A DNA stretch of 59,831 nt, filler included, from Candidatus Tectimicrobiota bacterium (GTDB lineage Bacteria; JACPSX01): assembly GCA_016193065.1 (NCBI GenBank). It is 3 parts of 3 records of this genome, joined end to end, with 100 filler letters (N's around TTAATTAATTAA, not from the genome) between each part and the next. Parts side by side here need not be neighbours in the genome. Positions count along the whole stretch, not along the records: positions 1 to 23,662 come from JACPSX010000161.1; 2 more parts are not named here. The stretch is one strand, 5' to 3'. Position 1 is the stretch's first letter. Every line of letters begins with the position of its first letter. The translations under genes and the position numbers were made by a program. Below the pieces are notes generated by a model. It saw only the letters and a program-made list of their open reading frames with translations. It made no database searches and was not told the origin of the DNA. This document shows positions 1 through 9,604 of the stretch, one piece after another.

Positions 1-172
1 CCCCCTTGTGAATTTGGTTGGAGAACCGGATGGATCGCCGCTTTTCCCGAATGTGGGGGGATTATAAGCGTTTGGACATCGCCAGGTCAAGCCGCGGATC
101 TTTCCCCCCTCACCCTAGCCCTCTCCCCCTCCGGGGAGAGGGGACCTATCATGCCGATTTCAGCCGCCTCCC

Positions 173-1015
173 TTAGATGTCTAGAAATTTCTTCATGACC
201 TCCAGGTTCTTTCGAATCCGCTCCACATCGGTGCCGGAGGTGAAGGGGGGCAGCATCTGAAGGTAGGCTTCCAGGTCCGCAATGGCCCGGGCAAACAGTC
301 CCGTTTGCGCGAAGAGAAGGCCCCGGTCCCGCAGTTCGTGAGCCGATTCGGGGTCAAGGAGCAAGATTCGCTCGGAAGCAGCCAGGGCTTTGGCGTGCTC
401 ACGGCGTGAGATGTAAATGCTTTTCAAGTTGTTCAGGATGCGGATGAGGATCCCCTTGCGGGGCAGCGCAGACAGATACTCCGGGCGCAGAGAGAGGACC
501 CCTCCGTAAATCTGGTCCAGGCGCTGCTGGCAATCCTCCGCCGACAGGAACGACCCGGCATTGTACGGGTCGATGAGCAGTTCCCCCTCGTCCTCCTTGC
601 AACCCACGATAAAGTGGCCGGGCAGTCCCACCCCGACCAGAGGCAACCCCAGGCGCCATCCCAGCTCCAGGTAGATGATGGACAGTGTGATGGGAATCCC
701 CAGCCGGGTGTCGAGAACCTCGTTCAGAAAACTGTTCTTGGGATTATAGTAGTCTTCCCGATTGCCGGAAAAAGCCATCTCATCGAACAAGTACTGGTTT
801 ATCACGTCGATGACCTGGCCGGGCCCCTGATTGGCCGGGAGCCTTGCCTGCACCTCCAGCGCCATATCATCCAGCATCCGGATATAGTGGTTAATTTCCA
901 GATCCGGGTATTCCTCCTGGGCGATCAGAAGAGCCCCTCGGGCCAGATCGATGGACTCATCGGGGCTTTGGGTCAAGCTGGCAAAGCGCTCGCGGACCTG
1001 GTGAGGGAGAAGCAT
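173..1015 (-). CDS. SirB1-family (transglutaminase-like core) protein with C-terminal TPR
   Basis: Motifs FSGNREDYYNPKNSFLNEVLD, GIPITLSIIY, GVGLPGHF, RILNNLK and ELRDRG are typical of SirB1/Transglut_core2 + TPR proteins. Confidence 0.85.
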   Translation of the reverse strand: MLLPHQVRERFASLTQSPDESIDLARGALLIAQEEYPDLEINHYIRMLDDMALEVQARLPANQGPGQVIDVINQYLFDEMAFSGNREDYYNPKNSFLNEVLDTRLGIPITLSIIYLELGWRLGLPLVGVGLPGHFIVGCKEDEGELLIDPYNAGSFLSAEDCQQRLDQIYGGVLSLRPEYLSALPRKGILIRILNNLKSIYISRREHAKALAASERILLLDPESAHELRDRGLLFAQTGLFARAIADLEAYLQMLPPFTSGTDVERIRKNLEVMKKFLDI

Positions 1016-1023
1016 AGAGAAAC

Positions 1024-2547
1024 CTACAGGCGGCCCAAGGGATATTCTTCCAGATCCACCCTCATGTAGCGAGCCAGCAGGGGGTGAACCCGTTCCAGCT
1101 CCCGGTAGACTTCCTGGGCTACCGATCGATACGACGCATGTCCCTGGCGGGCGGAGCGGAGCTGCACGAAGTGGAACATCTCCCGCAGGTTCCAGGTGAA
1201 CAGGACTCTGCGGCGATAGGCCAGCGGCAATACGTAGGCGGCTTCCAGGGGATGTTTTCTGCGGATCATCCCGTAAGCCTCCCGGGCCTGCTCCATGGAG
1301 GCCTCAAAGTGTGTCTCGAGACCTAACTCGGCGACCTCCGGCGGCACCACATAGCCGTGATCGGCTGTGAACTCCTGTAGGTGCTGAGTCGCCATCCGGT
1401 GGCGCTGGATGTCCCGGAACGCCCCAAAATCCACGAGGATCTCAAAGGAATAGACCAGATCCTCAAGGGCCCGCAAAGGCGGATCGTGGGGGCCCCGGCC
1501 CTTGAGATATTCGTCAATGACCCTCTCCCTTTCCTGGGGAGACAGGAGGCTCACCCTGTCCGTTAGCTGGGCATAGGAAGAGCTGCCGTAGGAGTAGAGA
1601 ATCGCAGCCACCAGCCGCTTCTCGGCATCCTCAGGAGCCGCGACCAGCCTGACGGTCCTGTCTTCCTGCGGACTCGTGGTCCCCGAGAACTCCTGGGCCA
1701 TCTCCCGCATCACCTGTTCCGTCTCCATCCGGTAGGGGCTCGGAGCCGCATACTTGATCAGGGTCGGGACGATCTTCTGGGCCTCCTCCTTCACGGCCTG
1801 GCCGATGCCCTGGATCTCCTCCAGAGGGTGGGAGAGGAGCTTCGAGATCATATACTCCAAAGCGCGCCCGTTAATGGTCAGACCCAGATTCGTCTGGGTG
1901 GCGGCCGGCAGAAGGTAGCGCAAGATGTCGCAGCTTTTGGCCCGGCAGGCGGCCTTGTACGCCGCCTCCGTTTTCCCCTCCTGGCGGGGCCAGCGGGCCT
2001 GGACCGCCGCGATGGTCTCCTCCATGAGGGTGTGGTAGCAGGAGAGCAAAGCAGTCACGGTGCGCTCGTAAATTTCCCGGCAGGAAGACTCCTGCAAACG
2101 GGCGGGAGTGTAGTAACTGCGGGGGTCGAAGATCACGTAGCGGGTGGACTTCTCCGTATAAGAAGCCAGCCGGTTGTCCTCGATGATCTTGGTGGCCAGG
2201 ATGGAAACTTCCTCCAGGGCCAGGTGGACAACGGCATGCTCGGCCACCGAGGAGTGACCGTAACCGACCACCCACTTCTCGTGAAACTGCCGGGCCTTCT
2301 CTTTCGCCTCGGCCAGCGCTCCGGAATCTTGCTCGATCCACTGCAGGCGCCGGTCCAGATCGACCTCCTGGTCGCGAATCAGCTTGAGGAGGTTGCGGCG
2401 CAGGCTCTCCGTGCTGCGGCTGTAGTAGGCAAACAGAACCGCTACGACTTCCTCGGGGAGGTTCCCCAGCGCGTAGATGGGCCGGTCCACGTTGGTCACG
2501 TAGGGGGACAACAGAACCTTCTCGTCCGCGGAGAAAGAATCAGGCAT
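1024..2547 (-). CDS. thyX: FAD-dependent thymidylate synthase, tandem two-domain ThyX
   Basis: GYGHSSVAEH, EKSTRYV, RYLLPAAT in domain 1; FRDIQRHRMA, NLREMFHFVQLR in domain 2; 507 aa. Confidence 0.85.
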   Translation of the reverse strand: MPDSFSADEKVLLSPYVTNVDRPIYALGNLPEEVVAVLFAYYSRSTESLRRNLLKLIRDQEVDLDRRLQWIEQDSGALAEAKEKARQFHEKWVVGYGHSSVAEHAVVHLALEEVSILATKIIEDNRLASYTEKSTRYVIFDPRSYYTPARLQESSCREIYERTVTALLSCYHTLMEETIAAVQARWPRQEGKTEAAYKAACRAKSCDILRYLLPAATQTNLGLTINGRALEYMISKLLSHPLEEIQGIGQAVKEEAQKIVPTLIKYAAPSPYRMETEQVMREMAQEFSGTTSPQEDRTVRLVAAPEDAEKRLVAAILYSYGSSSYAQLTDRVSLLSPQERERVIDEYLKGRGPHDPPLRALEDLVYSFEILVDFGAFRDIQRHRMATQHLQEFTADHGYVVPPEVAELGLETHFEASMEQAREAYGMIRRKHPLEAAYVLPLAYRRRVLFTWNLREMFHFVQLRSARQGHASYRSVAQEVYRELERVHPLLARYMRVDLEEYPLGRL

Positions 2548-2565
2548 CAGGTTTAAGCTCTGCCC

Positions 2566-3222
2566 TCAGCAACCGGGCGCGTGGTGGATCCCCGCTTTCT
2601 CCCGCACCGCGTTCTGCAGCTCTTCGGCCAGCTCCAAGGTCTTGCGGGCCACCTTGCGTGCCCTCTCCTGAGCCTCGGGGGTGGTGGCCAGGCGCTCCAA
2701 AAGCCGGCGGCCCAGGAGGTGATGATACCCCTCATCGACCTGAATCGTGTCTCGATACATGCGGGCCGTCACCTCGTCTCCCCGCGCCGTGCAGAGTTCG
2801 ACAAATTGCTGGTTCTTCACAGTGGCGATGGCCTCCCGGGTGAACTGGGCTCCGGAGACTCTCTCCACGGTGTCCGTGAGGGTCACCAGGGAGTTGAAGA
2901 GCGGGCTGTACCCCTGGGCCACCGGATTAAACTCGTCCGTGTTTACCCCCAGATCCTTGAGACGGTCCTGGATCATCCGGTAGTGCTTGGCCTCATCCCC
3001 GATCTGGCGGGCAAAGGCGAGCTTCACCTGAATATCCTCTGTCGTCTCCATCCAGCGGGCCGCCAGCTCGGTGGCCTCCAGCTCATTCTTTAACGCCATC
3101 TTCAACAACACGACGAGGTCCAGATGAGGATCATCGGCCTCCAGCGTTTCCGTGGGGCCCAGACGGTCCAAAATCTCCTGATTCTCCCGGGCCAGACTTT
3201 CGACAAACTCTTTTGAATTCAT
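2566..3222 (-). CDS. Ferritin-like (di-iron carboxylate) domain protein
   Basis: Two ExxH motifs (DEAKH, DEGYH) in helical context; GGAGG-type RBS before ATG 3222. Confidence 0.75.
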   Translation of the reverse strand: MNSKEFVESLARENQEILDRLGPTETLEADDPHLDLVVLLKMALKNELEATELAARWMETTEDIQVKLAFARQIGDEAKHYRMIQDRLKDLGVNTDEFNPVAQGYSPLFNSLVTLTDTVERVSGAQFTREAIATVKNQQFVELCTARGDEVTARMYRDTIQVDEGYHHLLGRRLLERLATTPEAQERARKVARKTLELAEELQNAVREKAGIHHAPGC

Positions 3223-3329
3223 GACTCCCCCTCCAGTCGGCAGCATTTTTCACTCGGTCTGATGGCCTCACTTATACCGTCCCCCTCCGGTTCTGTAAAG
3301 CCCTTCTTCCGGCGGGATCCGGGAAGAGC

Positions 3330-3422
3330 ATTCAGCCATCAGCTATCAGCACTCAGCTTCGGATAAAAAGACCCACGGTTTCTCCTTTTCGGCTTCAAGC
3401 TGAATGCTGATCGCTGAAAGCT
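3330..3422. repeat. Inverted heptamer repeats (TCAGCNN...NNGCTGA) forming an intergenic hairpin
   Basis: TCAGCCA-TCAGCTA-TCAGCAC-TCAGCTT ... GCTGAAT-GCTGATC-GCTGAAA visible in the sequence. Confidence 0.65.
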
Positions 3423-3434
3423 TCCTAGCTCTCG

Positions 3435-4388
3435 TTACAACGTTTTGCTGACTTCCGCCAGGCAGCTGAGCGTGCGCCGCATGGAGGCATCGCGTTGGGG
3501 CCCGGCGGTTATCGGCATCGCGATGATCTCCGTGGCACCCCAGGCAAGGAGCTCCCGCAACTTGCCGGCCACCTGCTCCTCCTTACCCATCGCCACCACT
3601 GCGTCCAGCAGGCGGTCGCTCCAGGCGCCTTCCTTCGCCTCGGGATAGCCGGCATCGACGAACATCTGCTGATAGAAGGGCAACTTGGGATAGTAAACCA
3701 TCTGCTCCCTGGCCACGGCGCGGACCTCCCTCAGGTTATCGTGCACGCACACCGGCACATGGGCAACCAGGGGCGGGGTATCCCGCTCGGCCTTTCGCGC
3801 GCCTTCTTTCATTGCAGGCAGCGCCACCTCCCGAAGGTAGTGGCCCGGGCAAACCCAACTGATGGCGCCGTCCGCGTGCTCCCCGCAGAGTTCGAAAGAC
3901 CGACGGCGAAGAGCGGAGGCCATGACCGGAACGTCCCGCACCGGCGCCTCGATCTTGGCGTGAGCATGGTAGTGCTCGCCATCAAAGTCCACGGAGCCTT
4001 CCCGGAGCAGCGTCTTGACGATGGTAAGGTACTCGCGCAGATTGGCCAGCGCTGTCCGGAAGTGAGCGCCGAACATTGTCTCCATGCCGGCCTTGTGGCT
4101 GGGCCCGACGCCGAGCCGGAAGCGGCCAGGCGACAGTTGCGCTACGACCTGAGCCTGCGAGGCCGTGACGATTGGGTGGCGCGGCCAGGTAGGCGTAATG
4201 CACGTCCCCAGGAGAATGCGCTCTGTGCGGGCTGCGGCGGCTGCAAACAAGGTGAGGCCGTCCAGTCCCGCGCCCCCCGTGGTGAGCCACGCTGCAGAAA
4301 CGCCCATGCGTTCCAGCTCCTGAATTCGCGCCACCACCGCCTTGCTGTCGCCGCCCATGGCGGTTACTCCGATCCGCTGCTTTGCCAT
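3435..4388 (-). CDS. LLM-class (luciferase-like) flavin-dependent oxidoreductase
   Basis: AAAARTERILLGT, RHP, GRFRLGVGPSH, GEHADG motifs; AAGGAGGAG RBS supports ATG 4388 rather than the longer ORF start. Confidence 0.85.
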   Translation of the reverse strand: MAKQRIGVTAMGGDSKAVVARIQELERMGVSAAWLTTGGAGLDGLTLFAAAAARTERILLGTCITPTWPRHPIVTASQAQVVAQLSPGRFRLGVGPSHKAGMETMFGAHFRTALANLREYLTIVKTLLREGSVDFDGEHYHAHAKIEAPVRDVPVMASALRRRSFELCGEHADGAISWVCPGHYLREVALPAMKEGARKAERDTPPLVAHVPVCVHDNLREVRAVAREQMVYYPKLPFYQQMFVDAGYPEAKEGAWSDRLLDAVVAMGKEEQVAGKLRELLAWGATEIIAMPITAGPQRDASMRRTLSCLAEVSKTL

Positions 4389-4615
4389 AAACTCCTCCTT
4401 TGAAGCTGTCTCTTCTTGCTTGCATCGATTGTACGGAGTCCGTGCCGATGGCACAAGGAGAAAGCGGTGGAACGGCAGTCCTTGACGGTCCGCCGGTGGG
4501 ACGGTATAGTTAACCGATCTCACCTGGAAACGGCGTGAGGGGGTGAGAGCCGAGACATTGGCCGAGAACAGCTCTGCGCGAGCAGACAAATCCTGGAACA
4601 CTCAAAAAACAGACT

Positions 4616-5578
4616 ATGAACTACCTTAGAGAGCTGCCCAAATTTGAGTACCTGGCGCCCCAAAGCATACCCGAAGTGTGCGAGATGCTGGCCGCGCACG
4701 AAGGCGAAGCCAAGCTCATGGCAGGAGGCACAGACCTCATCATCATGATGCGGCGCCGGGAGGTGGTGCCCCACTACCTGATCGGGCTGAAGAGCGTCCC
4801 CGAGTTGAACTTCATCCGGGAGGAGAAGGACGGCGGGCTCACCATCGGCGCCATGGCCACCTCCTGGGAGATTCAATCCTCGTCGCTCGTACGCCAGCGC
4901 TATGATTTCCTGGCCAAGACCGCCGCCGACATTGGCAGCATCGAGAACCTTCACGTCAGCACCATCGGCGGGAACCTGTGCGACGGTTTTCCTTGCGTTG
5001 ACTTCCCGGCTCCCCTGCTCACCCTGGATGCAAAGGTCAAGCTGGTAAGCCAGAGGGGCGAGCGGATCGTTCCTCTGGACGGTTTTTACCTGGGTTATCA
5101 AAAGACGGCCGTAGAACCGGACGAGCTGCTTACCGAAATTCAAATCCTACCTCACAACCATCGCTACGGGGGTGCGTACATCAAGTTTCACGACCGCCAC
5201 GCGATTGACATCACGACCACCGGGGCCGGTGCCTTCATCACGCTGGACTCCGATGGGCAGACGGCCCGGGATGTAAAGATTGCGCTCACGACAAGTGCCC
5301 CGGTGCCTCTGCGCGTCAAAGGTGCCGAGGCCGCCCTGTGCGGACGGAAGGTCACCGAAGAGGCGACCGAGGAGGCAGGGCGGATTGCCTCAGAGGAAGC
5401 AAGTCCCCGGACCTCGTGGCGATCTACGGCAGAGTTTCGTACCAAGCTCGTGCAGGTGCTCGTGCGGAGAGCCCTGAGGCAGGCCTGGAGAAAAGTCACG
5501 ACTTCGTCTTCTTCGGGTGCGGCGCCCGACCTGTGGCTCATGCATCCCCTAGACCCACGCATAGGAGAGAACCGGTGA
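4616..5578 (+). CDS. Xanthine dehydrogenase/CoxM-family FAD-binding subunit
   Basis: AGGTDL, TIGGNL, LTIGAM motifs. Confidence 0.9.
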   Translation: MNYLRELPKFEYLAPQSIPEVCEMLAAHEGEAKLMAGGTDLIIMMRRREVVPHYLIGLKSVPELNFIREEKDGGLTIGAMATSWEIQSSSLVRQRYDFLAKTAADIGSIENLHVSTIGGNLCDGFPCVDFPAPLLTLDAKVKLVSQRGERIVPLDGFYLGYQKTAVEPDELLTEIQILPHNHRYGGAYIKFHDRHAIDITTTGAGAFITLDSDGQTARDVKIALTTSAPVPLRVKGAEAALCGRKVTEEATEEAGRIASEEASPRTSWRSTAEFRTKLVQVLVRRALRQAWRKVTTSSSSGAAPDLWLMHPLDPRIGENR

Positions 5579-6066
5579 AGCAGCGGGTCCCGATTTCCTT
5601 GACGGTGAACGGAGAGATTCATGAGCTCTTCATCCCTCCCTGGCAGTTGTTGCTGGACACGCTCAGGGACGAGTTGGGTCTTACGGGAGCCAAGCGGTGT
5701 TGCATCGAAGGACAATGCGGGGCCTGCACCGTATTGATCGATGGGAAGCCCATCAATTCCTGCCTGTATTTGACCATCGAAGCTCAAAACCAAGAGATCG
5801 TGACGGCGGAGGGCCTGGTGGAGGACGGAAAGCCCCATCCCATCCAAAAAGCCTTTGTCGAGCGCGGAGCCGTTCAGTGCGGCTTCTGCACTCCGGGACT
5901 GGTCGTGGCCACCAAGGCGCTTTTGGACCAAAATCCCAACCCCACTGAGGATGAGATCCGGATTGCTCTGTCCGGGCACTTATGCCGCTGTGGAGCCTAC
6001 GTGCAGATCACGGAGGCGGTGATGGCAGCGGCACGGGAAACGGCACAGAAGGAGGTGGGCGTATGA
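5575..6066 (+). CDS. CoxS-family 2x[2Fe-2S] subunit
   Basis: CxxxxCGAC...SC and QCGFCTPG...LCRC; GTG start overlaps the upstream stop. Confidence 0.9.
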   Translation: MKQRVPISLTVNGEIHELFIPPWQLLLDTLRDELGLTGAKRCCIEGQCGACTVLIDGKPINSCLYLTIEAQNQEIVTAEGLVEDGKPHPIQKAFVERGAVQCGFCTPGLVVATKALLDQNPNPTEDEIRIALSGHLCRCGAYVQITEAVMAAARETAQKEVGV

Positions 6067-8381
6067 TGACCCTGGAGGAGGTCATTGAGAGGGAAGGGTA
6101 TTCCGTCATTGGAAGACCCACACCCAAGAAAGACGGCTGGATCAAGGCGACGGGGGAAGCCAAATTTGCCGATGACCTGTATTTTCCCGGCATGCTCCAC
6201 GGGAAGCTCCTGCGCAGTCCTCTTCCCCATGCGAGAATTCTCCACATCGACACCAGCCGGGCCGAGAAGCTGCCCGGCGTTCGCGGAGTCGTCACGGCAA
6301 AAGACTTTCCGGGCATCCTATACGGAGATTTTGCCCACACCCGGGACTACCTGCCGCTCGCCCAGGACAGGGTTCGCTACATTGGCGAGGAGGTGGCGGC
6401 AGTAGCGGCCACGGACATGGACACCGCCGAGGAAGCGCTCGATCTGATCTGCGTCGAGTATGAACCCCTGCCGGCGGTGTTCAGCCCGGAAGAGGCGATG
6501 CAGCCCGAAGCTCCTCAGCTCTACGACCGTGCTCCTAACAACATCGCCTCGAAAAGCGAGTTTCATTACGGGGATGTGGAGAAGGGTCTTGCCGAGTCCG
6601 ATTATGTGCGAGAGGACACCTTTGAAACTCAGTCCATGAAGCAAGGGATGCTGGAGCCCCATGCCTGCGTAGGTCTATGGGAAGGATCGGGTAAGATCAC
6701 GCTGTGGTCCTGCAAGTCGAGCCCTTACGTGGTCTGGCGGCACCTGGCGATGGGATTGGGAGTCGATCCGGGCAATATCCGTGTGATCCAGACCTACATC
6801 GGCGGCTCCTTCTCCGGGGGAAAGCAGGAAGGCATGCCCATGGACTTCTGCGCCGTCATATTGTCCAAGAAGACCGGACGGCCCGTGAAGTTCGTGCACA
6901 CGATGGACGAGGTCCTGGTGATCGGTCACATGCGCCACTCCATGAAGATCCGGCTCAAGACAGGGGTAAAGCGGGATGGGACTCTCGTCGCTCAGCACTG
7001 CCGGATCATCGCCAACGGCGGCGCCCACGCCAGCATCGGGCAGCTCAGCATCTTTTTGCCCGGCTTGGGGCTCAACCTGCCCTACCGGGTGCCCAATGTA
7101 CAGATGGAATCGTACCGGATCTACACAAACACCGGCTTCGCCGGGGCGCTGCGCAGCCACACCCAGCCCCAGATCTGCTTTGCCCGGGAATCTCAGATCG
7201 AGATGATCGCCAAGGAACTGGACCTGGATCCCGTCGAGATGCGCAGGAAGAACGCCCGCGCCGGCGGAGACGTGACCCCCAGTGGTTTCAAGCTGGGAAC
7301 CTTCGGCTTTCTCGATGGCCTTGACCGCGTGATAGAAGCTTCCGGCTGGCGGGAGAAATACGGAAAGCTCCCTCGGGGTCGGGGAATCGGCATGGCGGGA
7401 AGCGGCATGATCAGCGGGGCCCGTCTCATGTCCCATTCCGCTTCCTCGGCACAAATCAAGATCCGGGAAGACGGGACCGTAGCCCTCATGACCGGCTCGG
7501 CGGATATCGGCCAGGGCGCCGACACGGTGCTCTCTATGATCGCAGCCGAGGTTCTCGGCGTGCGTGTGGACGATGTCACGTACGCCATGATTGACTCCGA
7601 TGTGACACCCCTAGATCCAGGTGCTTTCAGCTCCCGGGTCACATTGTGGACCGGCAACGCCGTGAAGCAAGCAGCGGAGGATGCCCGCAAGCAGTTGGAG
7701 GAAGTGGCCGCCCAAAAGCTCAAGGCGGATCCGAAACATCTGGTTTTCCGGGATCGCCGCGTCTACGTGCGCCACGACCCGCAGAGAGGGATGGATTTTG
7801 CAAGCCTGGTACGCTCGACTCAAAACCGCCTGGGACATCCGGTCATGGGACAGGGCTCTTACACAAGCGGAGATGAGCCCATCGCTGTTCAGGGTGGATA
7901 CGGAAATGCTTCCCCAGCGTACAGTGCCTCGGTCGTGGTCGTGGAGGTGGAAGTGGACGAGGAAACGGGGCATGTCACGCTGGCGGGAATCTGGAACGCC
8001 AGCGACTGCGGCTTTCCGCTCAACCCCATGGCGGTTGCGGGGCAGTCCATGGGGGCCTTCACCATGAGCATGGGCCAGGCGCTTTACGAGAACCTGATCC
8101 GCATCGAAGGTCAGGTGATGAACCCGTCGTTCCGGGACTACAAGATGCCCCTGATCGTGGATCTGCCCAAGGTGGAGAACGTGCACCTCTTCGACATCAT
8201 CACGAACGATCCCAACGGCCCGTTCGGCGCCAAGGAGGCGGGGCAGGGGCCGGGAGACGGGGTTATTGCGGCTCTGGCAAACGCCATCTACAACGCCACC
8301 GGCGTGCGCGTCAAGAGCCTGCCCATCTCACCCTCCAAGATTCTCTCTGGGTTGGAAGAATCACGATCGAATAAGCCGTAG
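6063..8381 (+). CDS. Xanthine dehydrogenase-family molybdopterin-binding subunit (4-hydroxybenzoyl-CoA reductase alpha-like clade)
   Basis: LRSPLPHARI, DRVRYIGE, IGGSFSGK, DIGQG, GPFGAKE, NAIYNATG. Confidence 0.9.
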   Translation: MMTLEEVIEREGYSVIGRPTPKKDGWIKATGEAKFADDLYFPGMLHGKLLRSPLPHARILHIDTSRAEKLPGVRGVVTAKDFPGILYGDFAHTRDYLPLAQDRVRYIGEEVAAVAATDMDTAEEALDLICVEYEPLPAVFSPEEAMQPEAPQLYDRAPNNIASKSEFHYGDVEKGLAESDYVREDTFETQSMKQGMLEPHACVGLWEGSGKITLWSCKSSPYVVWRHLAMGLGVDPGNIRVIQTYIGGSFSGGKQEGMPMDFCAVILSKKTGRPVKFVHTMDEVLVIGHMRHSMKIRLKTGVKRDGTLVAQHCRIIANGGAHASIGQLSIFLPGLGLNLPYRVPNVQMESYRIYTNTGFAGALRSHTQPQICFARESQIEMIAKELDLDPVEMRRKNARAGGDVTPSGFKLGTFGFLDGLDRVIEASGWREKYGKLPRGRGIGMAGSGMISGARLMSHSASSAQIKIREDGTVALMTGSADIGQGADTVLSMIAAEVLGVRVDDVTYAMIDSDVTPLDPGAFSSRVTLWTGNAVKQAAEDARKQLEEVAAQKLKADPKHLVFRDRRVYVRHDPQRGMDFASLVRSTQNRLGHPVMGQGSYTSGDEPIAVQGGYGNASPAYSASVVVVEVEVDEETGHVTLAGIWNASDCGFPLNPMAVAGQSMGAFTMSMGQALYENLIRIEGQVMNPSFRDYKMPLIVDLPKVENVHLFDIITNDPNGPFGAKEAGQGPGDGVIAALANAIYNATGVRVKSLPISPSKILSGLEESRSNKP

Positions 8382-8516
8382 GGCGCAGTTTCGAGTAACC
8401 CCGCGAACACTTCTTACAAAGTCTCCTCCCCCTGGACGGGGGAGGACCAAGGTGGGGGTGAGACCGGGCCTCATCAATGGCTTGTTAGCCCGTAGTTCTG
8501 ATGGGCGAACTTCACA

Positions 8517-8927
8517 TCACAGTTGGGTGGCCAACGGCTGAGGGTATGCGAGCAATCTCAAACCTGGGATGAAACGATAGTCACTCTGATTCTTTGTTAC
8601 GAAGGACATATCCAGTGACAGAGCAGAGGCTGCAATCAGCGCGTCCGCAATCAATAAGCCATGGCTCACCCGATAGCGGCGTAACAAGTCAATGGCAACA
8701 TCTGAGGTTTGCTCGTTCAGCTTGATGACCTGAAAGCGCAGCAGAAACCGATCCAGTGTACGCAGTTCAGCCTTGCTGCGACACCCGATAGTGAGTTCCA
8801 TCTGTGTGATTGCGCTGATTGCCGGGAATGCCTGTTGCTCGATCTGTCGGAAAGATGACACGGCTTCGCGAACGCCGCGCCCCATATCGATCAGGATGTC
8901 AGTGTCGATCAACACCAAGTCAGGCAC
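8517..8927 (-). CDS. vapC: VapC-family PIN domain toxin
   Basis: LIDTDILID, ADALIAASA, VTKN..DY PIN motifs. Confidence 0.85.
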   Translation of the reverse strand: MPDLVLIDTDILIDMGRGVREAVSSFRQIEQQAFPAISAITQMELTIGCRSKAELRTLDRFLLRFQVIKLNEQTSDVAIDLLRRYRVSHGLLIADALIAASALSLDMSFVTKNQSDYRFIPGLRLLAYPQPLATQL

Positions 8928-9165
8928 GGCGCCTCACCCATTCGCGTTCTCGCACATTCCGAACCCAGGCACCGCTGTCTTGCAAATCCTCGCGATTGCG
9001 CCACATGCCAATGAAGGCTTCGCTCGCCAGTTTGGCTGGCTTTGCTGCCTTGCGTGAACGCGATGGAGCATAACGCTGCCGCAGAAAGGCGATGAAATCC
9101 ATCACTTGTCGCCGTGCTTCGGGAGGCAAGCTGTTAAGGTCTTGCCATGACGTTTTCACACTCAT
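8920..9165 (-). CDS. DUF2281-like antitoxin
   Basis: LPPEARRQVMDFIAFL, FIGMW; overlaps the PIN gene. Confidence 0.75.
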   Translation of the reverse strand: MSVKTSWQDLNSLPPEARRQVMDFIAFLRQRYAPSRSRKAAKPAKLASEAFIGMWRNREDLQDSGAWVRNVREREWVRRRA

Positions 9166-9604
9166 AAGTCACCTCGCCTTATTTATCGGTGATATTCGGG
9201 AGATTGTCAACCCTAAGCCTGTCCCCTTCGGGAAGCGAGGGAATTATTGCTCCGACTTCGAACTCATGACATCAGCGGCCAAAAGAGTAAAATGGTTTGA
9301 TCTCCCTGAAGGAAGAAAGAGTGAGGTAGGAGCGGAGTGCGTTCCTGCGTGCCCGGAGGTTCTCCATCACCGGATCAGTTTTTTCGCGAACTCCATCTCC
9401 GGGAAGATGCCCGAGCCGGGAATGCTTGCGTGTGAATGGAGAGGGGACAAAGGAGTTCCGGGTAGAACGCGAAGCAGGAAATCTGTATGATTACACCGGG
9501 TGACGTTAGCCTACAGGAGGGGCCACGCATGCTGAACCCCAATGTCGCATCATCCACCCGGGTGCACCTGTGGTTCGAATCATGTTGAACGAGCGGGAGT
9601 AGCC

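Noticed and set aside
103-145. CCCTCACCC...CTCTCCC..GGGAGAGGG hairpin family (also ~8424, ~12170-12245, ~25586-25636, ~48217-48280, ~49885-49940)
   Set aside because: Dispersed REP-like repeats; no regular repeat-spacer period, so not CRISPR, and not confidently terminators.
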